Source of the DNA: Candidatus Latescibacterota bacterium
GTDB lineage: Bacteria > Latescibacterota > UBA2968 > GCA-2709665
Length of the DNA: 64,000 bases
Direction: 5' to 3'
Assembly: GCA_965116875.1 (NCBI GenBank)
Contig: OZ220733.1
Location: forward strand, 2,912,001-2,976,000
Shown: positions 1 to 11,200 of the stretch, piece after piece
How the letters are laid out: each line of letters opens with the position of its first letter
Position numbering within the stretch: position 1 is the stretch's first letter
The notes under the pieces: model-generated
What the model saw: the letters and a program-made list of their open reading frames with translations, nothing else
Told to the model about the DNA's origin: nothing
Database searches by the model: none
Translations under genes and position numbers: made by a program

Positions 1-2930
1 CAGTTTCCGCCGCTGGTCCAGTGGGGCGCCGCAAATGTCGAGACGGATTCCTCGGTTGCGTTGTAGAACCTGGCCGTCCCGGGCGACGCGGCGAATGCGG
101 GCCATACGCCGAAGCCCAGGTCCCCGTCGGCGCTGATGCCCAGTTCGTCGCGGCACGTCACGCGAATGGCCAGAACGTCCGCGCCGGGCGCCAGCAGGTA
201 TTCCCATGCGATCGACTGACCGCGGGCGTGCTCCTGCGCGATCCGACAGTGGACGCGCACCCCGCGCCACACCAGGCCCTGGCGGCCCTTCCGTTCGATC
301 ACCCGGTACCTGAACCGTTCCTTGTAGAGCGTATCCTCGAGCCGGTCGTATTCGGGTGAAAGGCCGCCGTACCATGGATTCATCCATGCGCGCGGTTCTG
401 CATTGGGATACGGACAGTTGAGATACTCCATGCCGTCGCGGCTGAGAGAGATAACCGATCCCATGAAAGCCGGCGCGACCTTCGCGGACAATATCCCGTT
501 GTCAATCGCAAGGACGCCGCCCTTCTCCCGGCGCGACACCGTGACCTCGCGAGCGTCGGCGGGGAGCACCAGCGCTTTCTGTGTGAACCGGTAGACCGCC
601 TCTTCGGTCTCGAAACGCGCGCGGATATCTCTCGCGCCCGGACGGACTCGCGCCACGCGGCGAAAGACCACCTTCCGGACAACCGGTCTCGACTCGCAAA
701 GCCCCGTGACCTTGACCGCCCCAATGTCAGGGCACAGACCGTCGGAATCCTCCAGGATCAGTTCCCCATCAAGCTTATACCGGCCCACATGGTCCAGGCG
801 CAGTTTCGCTTCCACGGGAGCTCCCGCCACGACCGGCGGGCGCGGCTCGATGCGGCACTCGATCGGCCTTCGCGCAGGCGCCTGGGATGTCTCAACCTCC
901 GGAACGCTGTCGCACAGGGTCCGCCACCAGGCCCTCACCGTCTGCCAGTTCCCGTCGCCCACAAAGGCGTAGACAGGGTCCAGGGACGTTGACGCGCCCG
1001 GCTTCACGCGAACGGCCCGGGTTCGTAGACTGCCCCAGGGGCCGGGGCTCACCCGATCGGCCCTGCCCCACAGAACGCCGGCGGCACAGCCATCGTCTCG
1101 CTCCACGCAGAACCATCCCTCAAGCCACGCGGACGCTTCCTCCGAAAGCCTGAGGTCATCCAGGTCCCGTCCGCCCGAACCGAACGCCTGCCGGGACACC
1201 CCCTGCTTTCCCGGTACGACGAGGGCCGCCGTGCGGCCCATTTGTATCCACCAGCTCTGCGTTACCGATAGGTCAAGCGGCAGCGATGTTCCGTTGATGA
1301 CCGTATCCAGCACCCTGACCAGCGGGCCCTTTCCAACCTGGACGCTTCGTTCCAGCCACACGCCCGGTCGAGTCACGGAAGGGGTCCGAAGCCGAAGCAC
1401 AAGCCCGAAGCCATCTCGTTCGACCCGTGCCTCGGCCTTCTCCTGAAACAGGTCGCCACCGGCGAAGGGCGGTCCCAGCCTCGGGGCCTGCAGCTTCAGC
1501 CGGCGGGACCTGAGCGCCCGCAGCGTGTGAAAGATGTATAGCTCGCCGTTGCGCAAATCGGCGCTGACCGTCAGCCCGCCGCCGCACAGCAGGGCGCTCT
1601 CCGTCCCTACGGCGCCGGACGCGCCTCCCGGCTCAACGGCCAGCAGATCAAGGCGTTTGGTCTTGACTGGAATTTCCTTACCCGCCGCCGCCGCGCTCGT
1701 CCGGACGTCAATCGAAACGGGCCCGGCGCCTGGGGCCTCAAGCGGTACCGTCAGTTCGGCCCCTCCCTTCGGATCGAGCATCATCTGCTGCTCATTGGCG
1801 TCGACGTCCACGCCGCCCGCCGGCATGACCCGAAGTTCCGCCGCACAGGCTTCGTCCAGGTTGGAACGAAGGGTCAGTCTGGCTTCGTGCGGCTTCCCCG
1901 GCGTCAGGATGGAGCGGGGCGCATCGATAGAGACATCCACGGCCTGGCGAACGTCGATCCCCGCCGCGAGTTCGATGCCCACGCCGTCGATCACCAGGTC
2001 GGTCCGCAGCACAGCCGCTTTGGGTTCCCGCGTCTTCTCCTCGATGTTCGGATCGATGACGAACGTATCTTCTATTTCGGCGGTGTCCGCAACGTCCAGC
2101 GCCTCGCGCTTTTCGACCCTGACGCCCGGATCGCCCGACGTGGCGAGAAAGACGTGTGCCGGGTGCGGCTTCTTGTTGACGATACGCCAGCGGACAGCGT
2201 GGGAGATTCCCGCGACCAGCTTCTCGTCGGGCAGACTGCACGACACAGTCAGGTCATTGTTCTCGATCTCGATGATCCCCCAGCTCTGGCGGTCGAACAC
2301 CAGCCTGAGCAGATCGCCGTCCGGGGCGCGCCAGAGGTATTCGTAGACCTTCACCCTGCCCCGCATCATCACGTCCTCTTCGGGCTCGAGTTCCCGAACC
2401 TGGGTCTCGTACCAATCGTGCTGGTCGAAAAAAGAGGCGGCGAGGGGATGCCGTCGGGCGGCGGGCGTGAAATTCTCCATGTGTACGGACGAATCCGGAC
2501 GCCACATGAAGCCCATCTTCTTGTACAGGGGAACGGCCTGCAGGTTCCCCGGCCACGTGTACAGGTCGACCCGCTGATAGCCCGCCTCGTACGCTCGTTC
2601 CATCGCGCCCCACAGCGCCGATTTCCCGTGCTTCTTCCCGTGGAAGTCCGGGTGGCAGTTGAGGTGCGGAATGAACGCCTGCGCCTTCTGTCCCGGCGTC
2701 GCTCGTATCGTACACAGACTGATAATGCGCTCTTCATTCTCCGTGACGATTGCCCCCAGCAGGTTGCTCTCTTTGATGTTTCGCTCCTGCTCCTCGGCCG
2801 TCGTCTGCCATCCGCCGCCGCCCGGCCATCCCACGTCCGCTTCCATCTCGAGCGCGGCGAGTTTCCGGGCGTCGCCTTCCCGCCAGTCCTCAACGAGATT
2901 TCTGGTCTTATGCAGCAATGACTCCTCCAT
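1..2930 (-). CDS. Large GNAT-family N-acetyltransferase (probably >970 aa; 3' end lies outside the window)
   Basis: Absent from the ORF track, apparently because no stop lies in the window. Manual translation from ATG 2930 gives MEESLLHKTRNLVEDW...HLNCHPDFHGKKHGKSAL...RVDLYTWPGNLQAVPLYKKMGF (GNAT motifs A/B). The same frame reads open at the window edge; the middle was not checked codon by codon. Alternative TTG start near 2918 after GGAGGAG. Confidence 0.8.
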   Translation of the reverse strand, partial: MEESLLHKTRNLVEDWREGDARKLAALEMEADVGWPGGGGWQTTAEEQERNIKESNLLGAIVTENEERIISLCTIRATPGQKAQAFIPHLNCHPDFHGKKHGKSALWGAMERAYEAGYQRVDLYTWPGNLQAVPLYKKMGFMWRPDSSVHMENFTPAARRHPLAASFFDQHDWYETQVRELEPEEDVMMRGRVKVYEYLWRAPDGDLLRLVFDRQSWGIIEIENNDLTVSCSLPDEKLVAGISHAVRWRIVNKKPHPAHVFLATSGDPGVRVEKREALDVADTAEIEDTFVIDPNIEEKTREPKAAVLRTDLVIDGVGIELAAGIDVRQAVDVSIDAPRSILTPGKPHEARLTLRSNLDEACAAELRVMPAGGVDVDANEQQMMLDPKGGAELTVPLEAPGAGPVSIDVRTSAAAAGKEIPVKTKRLDLLAVEPGGASGAVGTESALLCGGGLTVSADLRNGELYIFHTLRALRSRRLKLQAPRLGPPFAGGDLFQEKAEARVERDGFGLVLRLRTPSVTRPGVWLERSVQVGKGPLVRVLDTVINGTSLPLDLSVTQSWWIQMGRTAALVVPGKQGVSRQAFGSGGRDLDDLRLSEEASAWLEGWFCVERDDGCAAGVLWGRADRVSPGPWGSLRTRAVRVKPGASTSLDPVYAFVGDGNWQTVRAWWRTLCDSVPEVETSQAPARRPIECRIEPRPPVVAGAPVEAKLRLDHVGRYKLDGELILEDSDGLCPDIGAVKVTGLCESRPVVRKVVFRRVARVRPGARDIRARFETEEAVYRFTQKALVLPADAREVTVSRREKGGVLAIDNGILSAKVAPAFMGSVISLSRDGMEYLNCPYPNAEPRAWMNPWYGGLSPEYDRLEDTLYKERFRYRVIERKGRQGLVWRGVRVHCRIAQEHARGQSIAWEYLLAPGADVLAIRVTCRDELGISADGDLGFGVWPAFAASPGTARFYNATEESVSTFAAPHWTSGGN

Positions 2931-3101
2931 TGATATCAGAATTGAATACTATTGAACATCCATTGCGAATAATTCAACAACAATTCGTAAAAATACAAGA
3001 TCAATTACGAAAAACACATACGTCGCCGATCAAAACGCAGCCTGGCTTCTCGACACACGAATAGCCGGCGTCCTATCCATTCCGTCCGCGGAGCCGTTCG
3101 T

Positions 3102-5513
3102 TCACTCAACCACCCGGAACACCACGTCCCGTTCCGCGATCTGACCGGTATACAGGTCCTTCAGTGTGACAATGAGCTTGTGGAAACCGGCGGGGGCGTT
3201 CGTCGCGTCGATCTGAAGGAAGGTGAAGTCGTCCTTCTGATTTCCCCGGTATTGCGCCGTGACCGTCGTCTCGGCGCCTTCATTCTCGCGGGGCGTATCC
3301 TCAATCTCTTCGGAGATCCTGTTTCGTTCCGGCAGGATGTATCTGACGCGATAGCTCACGGTCTCCTCAGGTTCATCCCGCCAGAGGTCTTTCTCGCTCT
3401 CGATGATCGATTCCTCCACGACGGTCTGAATTTCCACCGCGGCGCCCGCGTCCGGCGCATCCAGGGCAGTGAACTTCTCGGGTCGGATTTCCTCTCGATC
3501 GGGCCGGGTCAGCCGGTAGGAAATCCGGTATTTGGTTCCGCCGAATCTGTCTTTCTTGAGATTGTAGATTTCGAGATAGATGAAGACCGGCTCGGATCGG
3601 CCGTAGGTATGTATCGGATTGGGCGTGACGCGAAGGTCCTCGCGCCCCTCGGGAAACGCTGTCTTCGGCTCGATCCCGGACGCCAGCAGCAGATCGCTCA
3701 TGGCCAACAGAGAGTCCACGACCCGGAACTCACGGACTTCGCGAAACGTCCCGATCGATCCTGTTCCGCGGTCCCGGACCTCGACCACGAGCCGGTGCTG
3801 CCGGGGAGCGACCCGCAACGTTCGGAAGGAGACGACGTGGTTGCGCCGCAGGCTGTCGCTCTTTGATTCAATCGCCCGGTCGAAAACCGGCCATTGCATT
3901 GCGACGTCCATCTTCTTTCTGTATACTTCGTCCCAGCGTTCATCGAACAGAAACACGCCGTCCTCGAGATCCACAAATCCGTTCGGTTCGGATAACCGGA
4001 CCCGCGCCTTCGGAATTGCATAGGCGAATTCCACGCGAATACTATCGTCCTCATGAAAGGCCGCGACTTGACGAGGCAACTGATATTTCAGTTCGAGATA
4101 CGGGTCGATGTACCGCTGAGGCGTGTCGCGATACACATGCCGGGCCGGTGGTTCGAATGATCCCCCCAGTTTTTTTCTTCGTCCCTTGACGGAATAAAAA
4201 TCGCCGAGTTCGCTTCGCAGTTGTGTGATAAAGAAAATGCCACCGTCTTCTTCTTCAACCTCGACGCGCTCTGTCAGGCTTCTCGCACTTCCACCCCTGT
4301 GGCCCGATCCCAGTGCGAAACGCCATCTGTCCGCCCCGTCGTTTTTTTGGAAGCGGATGCGAAAGCCCTCGTAGAGCCATACATTTTTCCATATTCCCGA
4401 GGAAGATTGGAATATATGCTGTTTCAGATGCGGACCGAACTTGATGATCGTCTTGCCGGGATCGGTCTGCCACCCGGCAGTTTCCCTGAAGGGACGGCTG
4501 AACCTGAGATTTGCGTATGCAAATCGTCCGTAGTGCTCGATCTTTCTCTCGTTGAACTCGGTTAAAAACAGCGGATCCAGACTGCGCCAGAAACGGTCGC
4601 GCGCAACAGGGGTCCAATCGTCCGCATCCGTGTCTTGGTACACAATCGCCTGCTCCATCCGGCTGCGGTCGGCTTCCGAAGCAACCAAATCCAGCGACTC
4701 CATCCCGGACGCCTCGTCGACGGTCATCTGCTCGAGGGCTCGCCTGTAATAGTTGTGCGCGACGTCCAATTCGCCCAGCATCTGGTAACCCAGGCCGCAA
4801 TACAGAAGCGCGTCCTTATCCTCCGGTGCTCGATCCAGAAGGCGCTTGAAGAGGAGGATCATCTCATCGGGATGCCCGGTCTCCACGTGGAGGAGCCCAA
4901 GCAGGTTATATGTGCCGCGAAAATCGGGGTCCGCGTCAATACCGCGTCGAAAATGAGACTTCGCCAGATTGAGGTCCCGGTCGGCAAGATGGTTCCAGCT
5001 GTCGTTATCCAGGTAGGACAGATAGTCCTGCACCGCAAAATACCCGGCCCAGTACGCCGCCTCCGCGTTTTCCGGCTCCACTTTCAAAAGCTTCTCATAA
5101 TGACGCACCGCATGCCACAAGAACCCCTGCCTGCTGAGCAGTTCGCCCAACGTCATCTGATAGTCCTTGTTCTCCGGGTCGATACGCATCGCTTCATCCA
5201 GCGCCTTTCGGGCGCTCTGGCGGGTGAGCGGCGTGTTCAATTCCATATAAAGCTTTGCAATCTCATAGTGCGCGGGCGTGAATTTCCAGTCCAGCTTCAG
5301 GACCTGCTCAAACGCCTTGATACTCGCCTTCGGATGCACCTGGCCGACGTTCGCCAATGCCTCGCGATACAGCGAATCCCGTCGCGCATCGTTTGTCCCG
5401 GCTGATACTTCGGCTGTCGCCAGAAGCACCATTGCCAGGACGACCAGACCTGACATCAGCCAGACCGGCCGGAAATATACGGCAGAGTTCAAACCGTCCA
5501 TTTTCAAGACCAT
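3102..5513 (-). CDS. Secreted TPR + GWxTD-domain protein (copy 1)
   Basis: Signal peptide, TPR repeats, FWRSLDPLFLTEFNERKIEHYGRFAYANLRF...GWQTDPGKTIIKFGP, C-terminal beta-rich domain. Confidence 0.85.
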   Translation of the reverse strand: MVLKMDGLNSAVYFRPVWLMSGLVVLAMVLLATAEVSAGTNDARRDSLYREALANVGQVHPKASIKAFEQVLKLDWKFTPAHYEIAKLYMELNTPLTRQSARKALDEAMRIDPENKDYQMTLGELLSRQGFLWHAVRHYEKLLKVEPENAEAAYWAGYFAVQDYLSYLDNDSWNHLADRDLNLAKSHFRRGIDADPDFRGTYNLLGLLHVETGHPDEMILLFKRLLDRAPEDKDALLYCGLGYQMLGELDVAHNYYRRALEQMTVDEASGMESLDLVASEADRSRMEQAIVYQDTDADDWTPVARDRFWRSLDPLFLTEFNERKIEHYGRFAYANLRFSRPFRETAGWQTDPGKTIIKFGPHLKQHIFQSSSGIWKNVWLYEGFRIRFQKNDGADRWRFALGSGHRGGSARSLTERVEVEEEDGGIFFITQLRSELGDFYSVKGRRKKLGGSFEPPARHVYRDTPQRYIDPYLELKYQLPRQVAAFHEDDSIRVEFAYAIPKARVRLSEPNGFVDLEDGVFLFDERWDEVYRKKMDVAMQWPVFDRAIESKSDSLRRNHVVSFRTLRVAPRQHRLVVEVRDRGTGSIGTFREVREFRVVDSLLAMSDLLLASGIEPKTAFPEGREDLRVTPNPIHTYGRSEPVFIYLEIYNLKKDRFGGTKYRISYRLTRPDREEIRPEKFTALDAPDAGAAVEIQTVVEESIIESEKDLWRDEPEETVSYRVRYILPERNRISEEIEDTPRENEGAETTVTAQYRGNQKDDFTFLQIDATNAPAGFHKLIVTLKDLYTGQIAERDVVFRVVE

Positions 5514-5554
5514 TCAGAAAGCCATCTGACGTGTGCGTGTACCTACGGTCGGCA

Positions 5555-7888
5555 TCACTTCATCACGAATCCCGCGTCCTTGGTCACCGTCTCACCGCTG
5601 TTCAAATCCGTGACCGCCACCTGCAGCACCTGCCGGCCCTCGTTCCGCTGTCCCAGTTGCAATGCGACGTATTCCACCTCAGTGGGGTCGGTTCCCACCT
5701 GCTCCGATGCCACCTCGATCTCCACCTGCCGCTTCCCTCGCAGCCTGACGAGCCGAGCGATATTGCCAGCATCGGATTCTCCCTTTCTGCCCACGGTATA
5801 GGCAACCCGGTATCTCGTCCTCCCGAACGTATCCCTTGCCAAATTATATATTTCGTAGTACACGTAGACGCTGTGTCCCCTGCGGTAGGTGCGGGTCGGC
5901 ATTGGGACCACGTGCAGGTCTCCTTTGCTGAATTTGTCATCCAGACTGGTCTCCGAAATGCGCCAGGCCAGTTCAAGGTCGCTCATCCGAAGACCTGTCT
6001 CCGGGTAGGCCTCCAGGTGGATGATCTGGCGGTACCGCCCACGCCTGCCGGTTTGTTTGTCCCTGGTCTTCACCTCCATCCTGTAATGGCCCGGCGGAAC
6101 ATCCAGCCGAACCACGTCAGGAACAAACGCGCCCTGTTGTTGCCTCACGTCCCCGATTTGCCTGAACCGAATTGCGCCGCTCTTGCGGTAGACCTCACCA
6201 GTTTCCTTGTTCAGTAAAGCCACTGTCCTTTCGACGTCCAGCGTCGTTGCGTCCTCGGCCTCCAGGTACTGCGCTGCGTGCTGCGGAATTCCGGCATAGA
6301 TTTCCAGTGCGGATGCCGCTTCAGCCCGCCCTCGGAAATCGGCCAGATCGTAGTAGAATTCCAGCGGATCTTCGTTCACAGGCGGCTGGTAGTAGTCGGG
6401 GTATCGCGCCGCCGTCCGCATGCTCACGTTTCGGGGACTGAACCGGTTGAACGCGGCAAGCTTTTGGATGTCGATATCCACGTCGATCGGCGGCGGCGCG
6501 AAGTCGAATTTCCCGTTCAACATCTCATCCGTAAACGTCACCTCCATGCCGCCTCCCGCGCCGTTATTGACATAGACCCAGCTTTCCCATGGTACCATAG
6601 ATTCGTCCGGTCCATTCGCAATCACCGGTCTATATGCGGGAGCCGTGAATCCGCCGAAGTCGTGCCCCTCGGGGATACTGCGAACCGGAAAGGCAACCAG
6701 GATGTCTCCCCAACTCGCGACGTGTGCCGCGCCGTGGATCTGCCCTGCAAGCGCCTCCTTCACACGCTGGACGTCGAGATTCTGCTGGAAATTCACCCAG
6801 TCTGACCTGGAGCGATGGTCCGGCTCTCCGAATCTCACGTATACTTCTCCCCGCGTATCCCAGGGTTGCCGCGATTTGGAAAAATGCCGTCGCGCGAACC
6901 ACACCCGCCGGTAGTGCTCCAATTGCCGCTCGTTGGCGGCGGTTGTCAGATCCGGGTCCCGGTCTCCCCAGAACCGGGTCAGATAGGCGTCTTTATCCGG
7001 CGCACGAACAAAAGCGTCGTACTCGTCCGGAGAAGCCAGGAGACGGATATCCTCATACAGCATCCGCTCCGCCGGTTCGCAGGCTTCGAGATATCTCTCG
7101 AACGCGACCTCCGCCAGGTCCAGGGAATCTTGTGCGAGATAGGCGTTCGCGAGGACGGTCGACATTTCGATTGCATCGGGATGGCTGAGCATCTGCGTGC
7201 GCATCAGGTCGACAACGCGTGCATGGTCGCCGGTCTTACCGAGCGCGTTGGCCAGCCGTAGAGCGACCTCAAAATCATCGGGCTGTAGAGAGAGGAATCG
7301 TTCGTAGTGCTCGGCCGCGCGAAGATGATCTTCCTTGAATGTCACATACCATTCACCGAGCAGCCGGTGCGCCGGCGCAAACGTGGCATCCATCTGGAGC
7401 AGCTTTTCCGCTTCCCGCTTTACATCGTGTTCCCCCAATGCGTACCTCGCCTCGGCGATATGGTACCTCGCTTCGAGATAATTCCGATCATATCGCAACG
7501 CCATCTTGAAATAGTCTATCGCCGTGTACAGGCCCTTCGGTTTTTCTCGCCACACCAACCCGAGTCCGTTGTATGCCGGAGCGTATTTGTGCTGTCTCCG
7601 CCGCGCATTCATGAATGCCCGTTCGGCGGCTTTCAGATCGCCCGCCTTCAGGAATACGTGGCCCAGACCGACGTGAGAAGGCGCGTGTTTCCTGTCGATC
7701 TCGATTGCAGCCCGGAAATTCGCCGCGGCCGCGTCCAGACTGTCGCTTTCGAGCAGGTCCATCCCCTCGCTGTAAATTTCCTCAATCGACGCATGGTCCC
7801 TGGCAGAGATCGACGTCGCCGCGGCCTGCGCAAAGAAGAACGTTGCCGCCGCAACGACCAGAACCTTCAGAACCGTCGCTGGTCTCAT
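5555..7888 (-). CDS. Secreted TPR + GWxTD-domain protein (copy 2)
   Basis: Signal peptide, TPRs, FWGDRDPDLTTAANERQLEHYRRVWFARRHF...PWDTRGEVYVRFGEPD. Confidence 0.85.
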   Translation of the reverse strand: MRPATVLKVLVVAAATFFFAQAAATSISARDHASIEEIYSEGMDLLESDSLDAAAANFRAAIEIDRKHAPSHVGLGHVFLKAGDLKAAERAFMNARRRQHKYAPAYNGLGLVWREKPKGLYTAIDYFKMALRYDRNYLEARYHIAEARYALGEHDVKREAEKLLQMDATFAPAHRLLGEWYVTFKEDHLRAAEHYERFLSLQPDDFEVALRLANALGKTGDHARVVDLMRTQMLSHPDAIEMSTVLANAYLAQDSLDLAEVAFERYLEACEPAERMLYEDIRLLASPDEYDAFVRAPDKDAYLTRFWGDRDPDLTTAANERQLEHYRRVWFARRHFSKSRQPWDTRGEVYVRFGEPDHRSRSDWVNFQQNLDVQRVKEALAGQIHGAAHVASWGDILVAFPVRSIPEGHDFGGFTAPAYRPVIANGPDESMVPWESWVYVNNGAGGGMEVTFTDEMLNGKFDFAPPPIDVDIDIQKLAAFNRFSPRNVSMRTAARYPDYYQPPVNEDPLEFYYDLADFRGRAEAASALEIYAGIPQHAAQYLEAEDATTLDVERTVALLNKETGEVYRKSGAIRFRQIGDVRQQQGAFVPDVVRLDVPPGHYRMEVKTRDKQTGRRGRYRQIIHLEAYPETGLRMSDLELAWRISETSLDDKFSKGDLHVVPMPTRTYRRGHSVYVYYEIYNLARDTFGRTRYRVAYTVGRKGESDAGNIARLVRLRGKRQVEIEVASEQVGTDPTEVEYVALQLGQRNEGRQVLQVAVTDLNSGETVTKDAGFVMK

Positions 7889-7983
7889 ATCGATACTCCC
7901 GAATATACGTAGCTCGCTCTGCTAATTTGCTGCCGATTCAGAAGAGCAGGATTGCGCGTACCCGCACTGTCTTGCTCCCTCTC

Positions 7984-8158
7984 TCGAGACCTACCCCCTG
8001 GCCCCCTTCCCACGGGAAGAGGGAATGGTGACGGTTCGATGTTCGCGGTCGTGCCGTGACAAAGTTGTCCTATCGATCAGGATGTTTTTAGAACACCTGT
8101 ACGCGACGCCAGCCTTTCTCGCCCTTTCCTTTAGGAGAGGGGGCCGGGGGGAGAGGTC
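7984..8158 (+). repeat. ~175-bp MITE/REP-like element, copy 1 (inverted copy at 22958..23131)
   Basis: Close reverse complement at 22958..23131; terminal CCCC..GGGG hairpins; partial copies of the right end at ~33793-33840 and ~14641-14690. Confidence 0.85.
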
Positions 8159-8206
8159 TGCGAGGCCGGGCGGAGGGGTTGCTTCTGATCTTGCCTTTCG
8201 TTTTTG

Positions 8207-8237
8207 GCTGACGGCTAATGGCTAACAGCTGACGGCT
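8207..8237. repeat. Heptamer tract (GCTGACG)n; similar tracts at 22918-22949, 27401-27424 and 38152-38175
   Basis: gctgacg-gctaatg-gctaaca-gctgacg-gct, 7-bp periodicity. Confidence 0.65.
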
Positions 8238-8278
8238 TTGTGTAAAGCGCCGAGAGGAGAGGTTCGAAATCACGAACC

Positions 8279-11200
8279 CTATTCCAACACCAGTTCCACC
8301 GACTGCTCCCGCTCCGTGCCCGCGTGGACGTCGCGGACCTTTACCTTCAGCAGAAACTCTCCTGAGCCGGCTTTGTTCAGGTCCAGCGCCAGAGACTCCC
8401 GTGTGTCGGGAGAATCGCCGAGTCGCTCCACCGTGACGGTGGTGGCGGGTTTTTCGCCGCTGCCGAAAATCCTGAGCAGCCGCTTGATTCCCTTCCTCTT
8501 CAGCCGGGTCAACCCGTACGAGACATCGAACGAGGTCGTGCCGCGCGCATCGGGTGTCAGATTGTAGAGCTCGAAATAGATGTACACCGGATCCTTGCGC
8601 GAGAACCGAAGCGAGGGATTCGGTACGGCCTGAATACCTCGAAGATTGAACCCATGGGAACCCTCGACGTCGGCCCGGATCACGTGGGCCGGCACGAGGC
8701 TGCTCATGTCAAGAGTCGTCTCCGAGAATTCCGGTATTCGCAGGTCCTGCTTCCACCCGCCAAGTAGGTTGTCCCGCGAGGGGCGGAGGAAAAACGCCGC
8801 GTGGCCTGAATCGGGGTCCGCGGAAAACCGGAGCACGCCAAAGCTCCGGTCTTTGTAACGCGACCGTTCGACGTGGGATTTACCCACGTATCCGGTCAGG
8901 TTTTCGTACCGGTTCCATTGCATGTCATGCAACGCCAGGCCGTATTCATAGATCGCAGCCGTATCGGGCAATTGACGAATGTCTTTCTTCAGGGCATTGA
9001 ATGGCATTCCGTAATACAGTTCAACGTCGCCCCTTCCGCGTTCGCCCTTGAAATACGCCAGGTAGGACTCGTAATCGAGGTCATCCACGTCGTCCTCCCA
9101 GGTATGGCGGTCCGTCTGCAGCCCCGTCTCTACTGACCGTTGCACTTCGCGCCTGAGTTTCTCATTCTCCCACCGGAGGCGCCGTCCGTAGTTCCCCGAA
9201 CCGGACAGGGACTCCACAAGACGCCAGTTGGAGCCCATACTGCTGGGCGTTGCCGCGAAATTGAACACCATCTTCTGAAATGCATCCGTCTTCCAGTAGT
9301 GCCAGACTTCGGCCATGGAGAATTTCTGCGTATCCGACGGGCGGCCGTGACGTATATAGATGAGCCCCGGATCGTTGAACCGGTCGTTCAACTCAACCGT
9401 CGTCGGATACGGGATGTTGTCGCCCTGGTCCGGATCGTAGAACCAGGTACGAAATCCATCGTAAATGTAATACCGTTCGGCATACAGGATCCGCCGGTAG
9501 TGCTCCGCCAGCCGAACGTTGGGAGACACGGCCGGGGTGGGGTCCCGGCTCACCCAGATCTTGCGGAAGAATTCCCGATAGGACTCCGGCGTTTCGAGCC
9601 TGGAAAACGCATCCATCTCCTCGACGGTTACGATGTATTTCACGTCCTCATACATCAGTTGCGCGTCCAGGGAGTCCCGAATGCTTTCCACGGCCTTGTA
9701 GTAATGGGATTCTCCCGTTTCGACTTCATCGCTTCCGTAAGCGATGCGCGTCAGGGAAAGATAGGCGGGTATTGCGCTCAGGGAAGGGTCCGACGCCAGC
9801 CAGGACCGCAGGACCGTGTCGGCCCGCGCCGTCCGTCCGGCGAGTCGCAGGGCCTCGCCCTCGAAGTACTGCGCGTATTCGGTACCATGCCTGCGCAACC
9901 ACTTCAAGGCGTCCTTCGGATCCGTATTGTCCAGGAAATACAGGTATAGACGCCGCAGCCTGCGCCGGTGTATGAGTTCGTCCGGCTTGATCCGCACCTG
10001 ACTCTCGCCGAGTCGGATCGCCTTTCTAAACGCCTTGTCGTAGCGTCTGAGTACCGCAAACTGATACAAAACGTCCCGGTATTGCGGCGCTTTATCCAGA
10101 AGTTGCCTGAAGTGCCGCTCCGACCGTCGCCAGTCCAGCCAGCGCGCTACCGTCCCCTTGTGCTTGCCGGATTCCCGGTAGGCGATCGCCCGCCGGTAGA
10201 GCGCTTCCGGGTTTTGCGGATCCCGGGCCAGAATCTGCCCCGTCCACTTCTTCTGGTCCCCCCAATCCTCGCCCCGCATCGCCACGTCGCTGAGCGCCTT
10301 TAACGCCGAAGGAGACCCGGGCGACCGCTTCAGCGCCTTCTTCAGATAGTATTCCGCGTCCTCCCCGGCGCCCTGCTCCATATAGACCCTGCCCAGCCCC
10401 ACATAGGAAGGCGCGTACCCGTCGTCTTCGGAGATCGCATCTTCGAACCGCTGTCTCGCCTCATCGTATCTGCCGGCAACCAGCAGCCCGACGCCCTGGT
10501 TGAATGCCGTCGGCCCCCGGGGGTCCGTCGCCAGCGCCGCGCGCGGCGCAGTGCGTGGGACGACACCGGGTCCGGAAGAACCCGGCCCGTGCCTTGCCGG
10601 AACGGGCGGCACACCGCGTTGCGCCCAGTATCCCGCTTCAAAACCCGTCGTCCGCTTGAAAGCCGCGGTCCGCTTCCGCGGCGCGGCCTTCAGGCGCTCC
10701 AGCAGCTTGTCGCTGTTGACGAGGTGGACCACGTGGACGCCCTCCATGTCCCGGATCGCCACGGGCTCCGCACGATCCAGCAACAGCCGTTCGGGGCGGG
10801 GCACCATCGTGGACGGAAAGACCACCATCCCACGCGCGGGCGGGTCATCCGCGGTCGCCCCGGGCGGCGCGTACACCCCGGTGGGATCCGAGACCGAAAC
10901 CACGGTGATCGCACCGGAGATGCCCCCGCCCTGAGCTTCATCGAGCCCCTCGGTCGCCAGGGCTACCGCCGCGGCGCTATGTACGGAGACATCCGCATTT
11001 ACGTTCGCCGCCTTCTCCAGCGTATTCTCGTCCGGCATGGCCTCCTTCGCAAAACCGGAGAACGCGGGAACATACACCACGCGAATGGTATCGGCGTCCC
11101 AGACGTCCGCCGCCAGCTGTCCCCGGGTACGATTTACGATCAGGATGTTGGGCGTCGCCGGCGCCGCCGTGAACAGGCGCACGGGGTCGCCCCACAACCC

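Noticed and set aside
21-2921. Plus-strand ORFs such as 1534..2346 and 1887..2921
   Set aside because: Antisense shadows of the minus-strand GNAT gene; no motifs.
8025-8225. Small ORFs MVTVRCSRSCRDKVV... (also within 23025..23423)
   Set aside because: Translations of the 175-bp repeat, without RBS or coding signature.
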